DNA of 64,000 bases from Schmidtea nova (Eukaryota), in the NCBI GenBank assembly GCA_044892505.1, contig CM097884.1:132370001-132434000 (forward strand), written 5' to 3'. The notes under the pieces are model-generated. The model ran no database searches. It saw nothing but the letters and a program-made list of their open reading frames with translations, and had not been told where the DNA came from. Below, piece after piece: positions 61,701 through 64,000 of the stretch (position 1 is its first letter; every line of letters begins with the position of its first letter). The position numbers and the translations under genes were made by a program.

Positions 61701-61979
61701 AACCTGACTCACCCTCTATCAGATGTATAACTCAGCGTTATGAGTCATTGCGCCACGGCCGATTCAGATTGGTCTGAGCCAAAGAGCACCCNNNNNNNNN
61801 NNNNNNNNNNNNNNNNNNNNNNNNNNNNNNNNNNNNNNNNNNNNNNNNNNNNNNNNNNNNNNNNNNNNNNNNNNNNNNNNNNNNNNNNNNNNNNNNNNNN
61901 NNNNNNNNNNNNNNNNNNNNNNNNNNNNNNNNNNNNNNNNNNNNNNNNNNNNNNNNNNNNNNNNNNNNNNNNNNNNNNN

Positions 61980-62124
61980 TAAAGATTTATTTACTAAAAA
62001 CACAGAGTGATCACTCTTAAATAGTTATGTATATTGCGCAATAACTAACACAGTGATTGAATTACGCAATATATTCTGAACTGCTTCACATTTGGTCTTT
62101 GGCCTTTATTGCAATATCATTACT
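61980..62124 (-). repeat. Start of the 3' LTR of the second Gypsy element (runs into an N gap)
   Basis: PPT AAGAAGGGGAG (62135-62125) directly after the integrase stop, followed by AGTAATG. Confidence 0.65.
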
Positions 62125-62133
62125 CTCCCCTTC

Positions 62134-64000
62134 TTAAGATTGATGCCATCTCTTTAACCATTCGATTCGTCGGTGTCGCGTTGTATTTGGATATTGCAAT
62201 TCAACTTGGTGATCTGACACAAATCTAAGAATTTTATATGGACCATCATATTGAATATCATTTTTGTTTCTTCTATGTGGTTCTCGTCGTACTAGTACCT
62301 CCTCCCCAACTTCAAAATGTCGTTTAATTCTTTTGTCATCCTCGAATTTCCTCATCTTTTGAGCAGCTTGCTTGTTATTTGTTTGTGCTTCTTCTGAAAT
62401 ATCTCGTATTTGATGTTTGAGTCTAGAATTAGCATGTAATGTTATTTTCCGTTAATATACTATCTCAAATGGTGAAAATTTTGTAGTTTTTGATAAGTTG
62501 CGTTAATACTGAATTCAATTCGAGGCAGCAGTTCGTGCCACTGTTTTTCAGCACAGCCACCTTTCATCGTAGTCACAAGTAAATCCCTCATTATTCTGAT
62601 AGCTCTTTCCACTAGGCCATTCGACTGATGTTGATACGGCGTAGCGAATTCTTGCTTTATTCCCAGCTGTTCTAATTTTTCCTTCAAATATTTGCTTTCA
62701 GAATTTCGCCCTCTGTCCGTCAATATACTTTGAGGTTTACCATATTTGTAAATCCAATTGTTCATTAGCGTCTTCAAAATAGTTTTTTCATCTTGGTTTG
62801 CTGTAGCCGTTAGACTTACTAATTTGCTAAACCTATCAATAATAACGATAACATACGTTTTGTCTGTTGAAGTTCTCTCCATGACAGCAACATCCATAAC
62901 AATCGGTTCTAGAAATTCAGAACTTTCGTGTGGAATTAAAATTTCCTTTGTCTTTCCTTGGTCTATTTTCCTTCTTGCACAAGTGACACATCGTTTTACT
63001 ATCTCTTTAACGGTTTCTTGCATTTTCGGCCAGAAAAAATTCCCTTCCAAATAATGAAACAGTTTCTTAGTTCCAACATGACATAAATCTTCATGTATTT
63101 TAATCACTAATTTAGATTGATAGCTTTCTGGGATTACCACTAGATCTATTTTGTCCTTTTCCAATACAAGCATATCATCCGATATCTTTAACTGATCTTT
63201 ATATCTTAATAAAAAACTATTTTGAAACGATTCCTTTCGAACATCTATCTGATTCCTAAGAATTTCCATCGCGTCCTGGAACAATTTATCTTTCTTCTGT
63301 TCTTCCATAATCTCCAACATTGTATGTGTTTTTTTGTATCAAATTGATGTATCTTACCCTTGATCTTTCTTGTTTATGTTGTACATGTGCTGTCTGACAT
63401 TGTGCACACAAACTACCCCCGATCCTTGATAATCCATCTGCGTTTGCATGTTCTTCACCTTTCCTGTATTTCAATTGGAAGTCATATTCCGATAGATTAG
63501 CCATCCATGTCTGAAATTGTGGACTTATTGCTTTTTTGTTTGTGTTCATAAATACTAAAGCCTTGTGATCTGTTCGGGCCACGAATTCTTTCCCGTATAA
63601 ATACTGTCTAAAATATAAAACATATTCATGTAACGCTAATAATTCTTTCCTGGTTACGCAGTATCCCTTTTCATGGGCCGTCAGATTTCTTGAACCGTAT
63701 GCGATAACTATTTCTGAACCGTCTTCTTTTATTTGACTCAAAACCGCTCCAATAGCCTCAAAACTGGCATCAGTATCCAAAATAAATTTCCGATCTATAC
63801 GAGGGAAATCAAGAATAGGAGCTTGTGTTAAGGCTTCTTTAAGCTGACTAAAACTGTTTTCACAATTTTCTGACCATTTGATTGTTTTATCACAACCTGA
63901 AGCTGCTGCATGTAAGGGTGCTGCTATTTTAGCATAATCTTTAATAAATCGTCTATAATAATTTGTCAAACCCAAAAATGATCTAAGTTGTTTAGCACAC
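62134..64000 (-). pseudogene. pol: Gypsy pol (RT thumb, RNase H, integrase), cut by window edge; relative of the 14.8-28.9 kb element
   Basis: LGLTNYYRRFI, LDTDAS, RTDHKAL, HEDLCHVG..CVTC, IVMDVA and NGLVERAIR; frame breaks between ORFs 63286-63975, 62460-63320 and 62134-62355. Confidence 0.92.

Noticed and set aside
19045-62003. ORFs containing long X runs
   Set aside because: Artefacts of N gaps being read through.
1-64000. tRNA, rRNA or snRNA genes
   Set aside because: No cloverleaf, A/B-box or conserved rRNA/snRNA sequence recognised by eye; tRNAscan-SE or Infernal would be needed to exclude them.

Overview
AT-rich, repeat-dense eukaryotic (metazoan-type) genomic window with several N gaps. 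The 40-51 nt GT-AG introns and (AAT)n tracts would fit a planarian-like host, but the organism cannot be established from the sequence. The main feature is a full-length ~15.0 kb Maverick/Polinton (41865-56887) with ~0.9 kb TIRs starting AGTAGAGTAG and a 6-bp TSD GTCCTG. It carries pPolB (two frameshifts), an adenain-type protease, a major capsid protein, two tandem minor capsid (penton) genes, a chromo-integrase, a packaging ATPase and putative core proteins. Unusually, it also encodes a TATA-binding-protein-like ORF, and several of its genes, including the integrase and protease, are split by 40-49 nt spliceosomal introns. A second, non-autonomous 8.1 kb element with Maverick-type ends (19852-27966, TSD CTAGAT) sits inside a Gypsy retrotransposon (14786-28895, 121-bp LTRs, TSD AGGTT) and itself contains a Merlin transposon. 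A third, decayed Maverick pPolB lies at ~9.2-10.3 kb. Host-type genes are two tandem NXF1/TAP-family paralogs (one intact, one with a nonsense codon) and an RPS5 fragment. Also present: a deleted Helitron with its empty site in the window, a hAT element, a MITE, and two further LTR-retrotransposon pol regions cut by the window edges.
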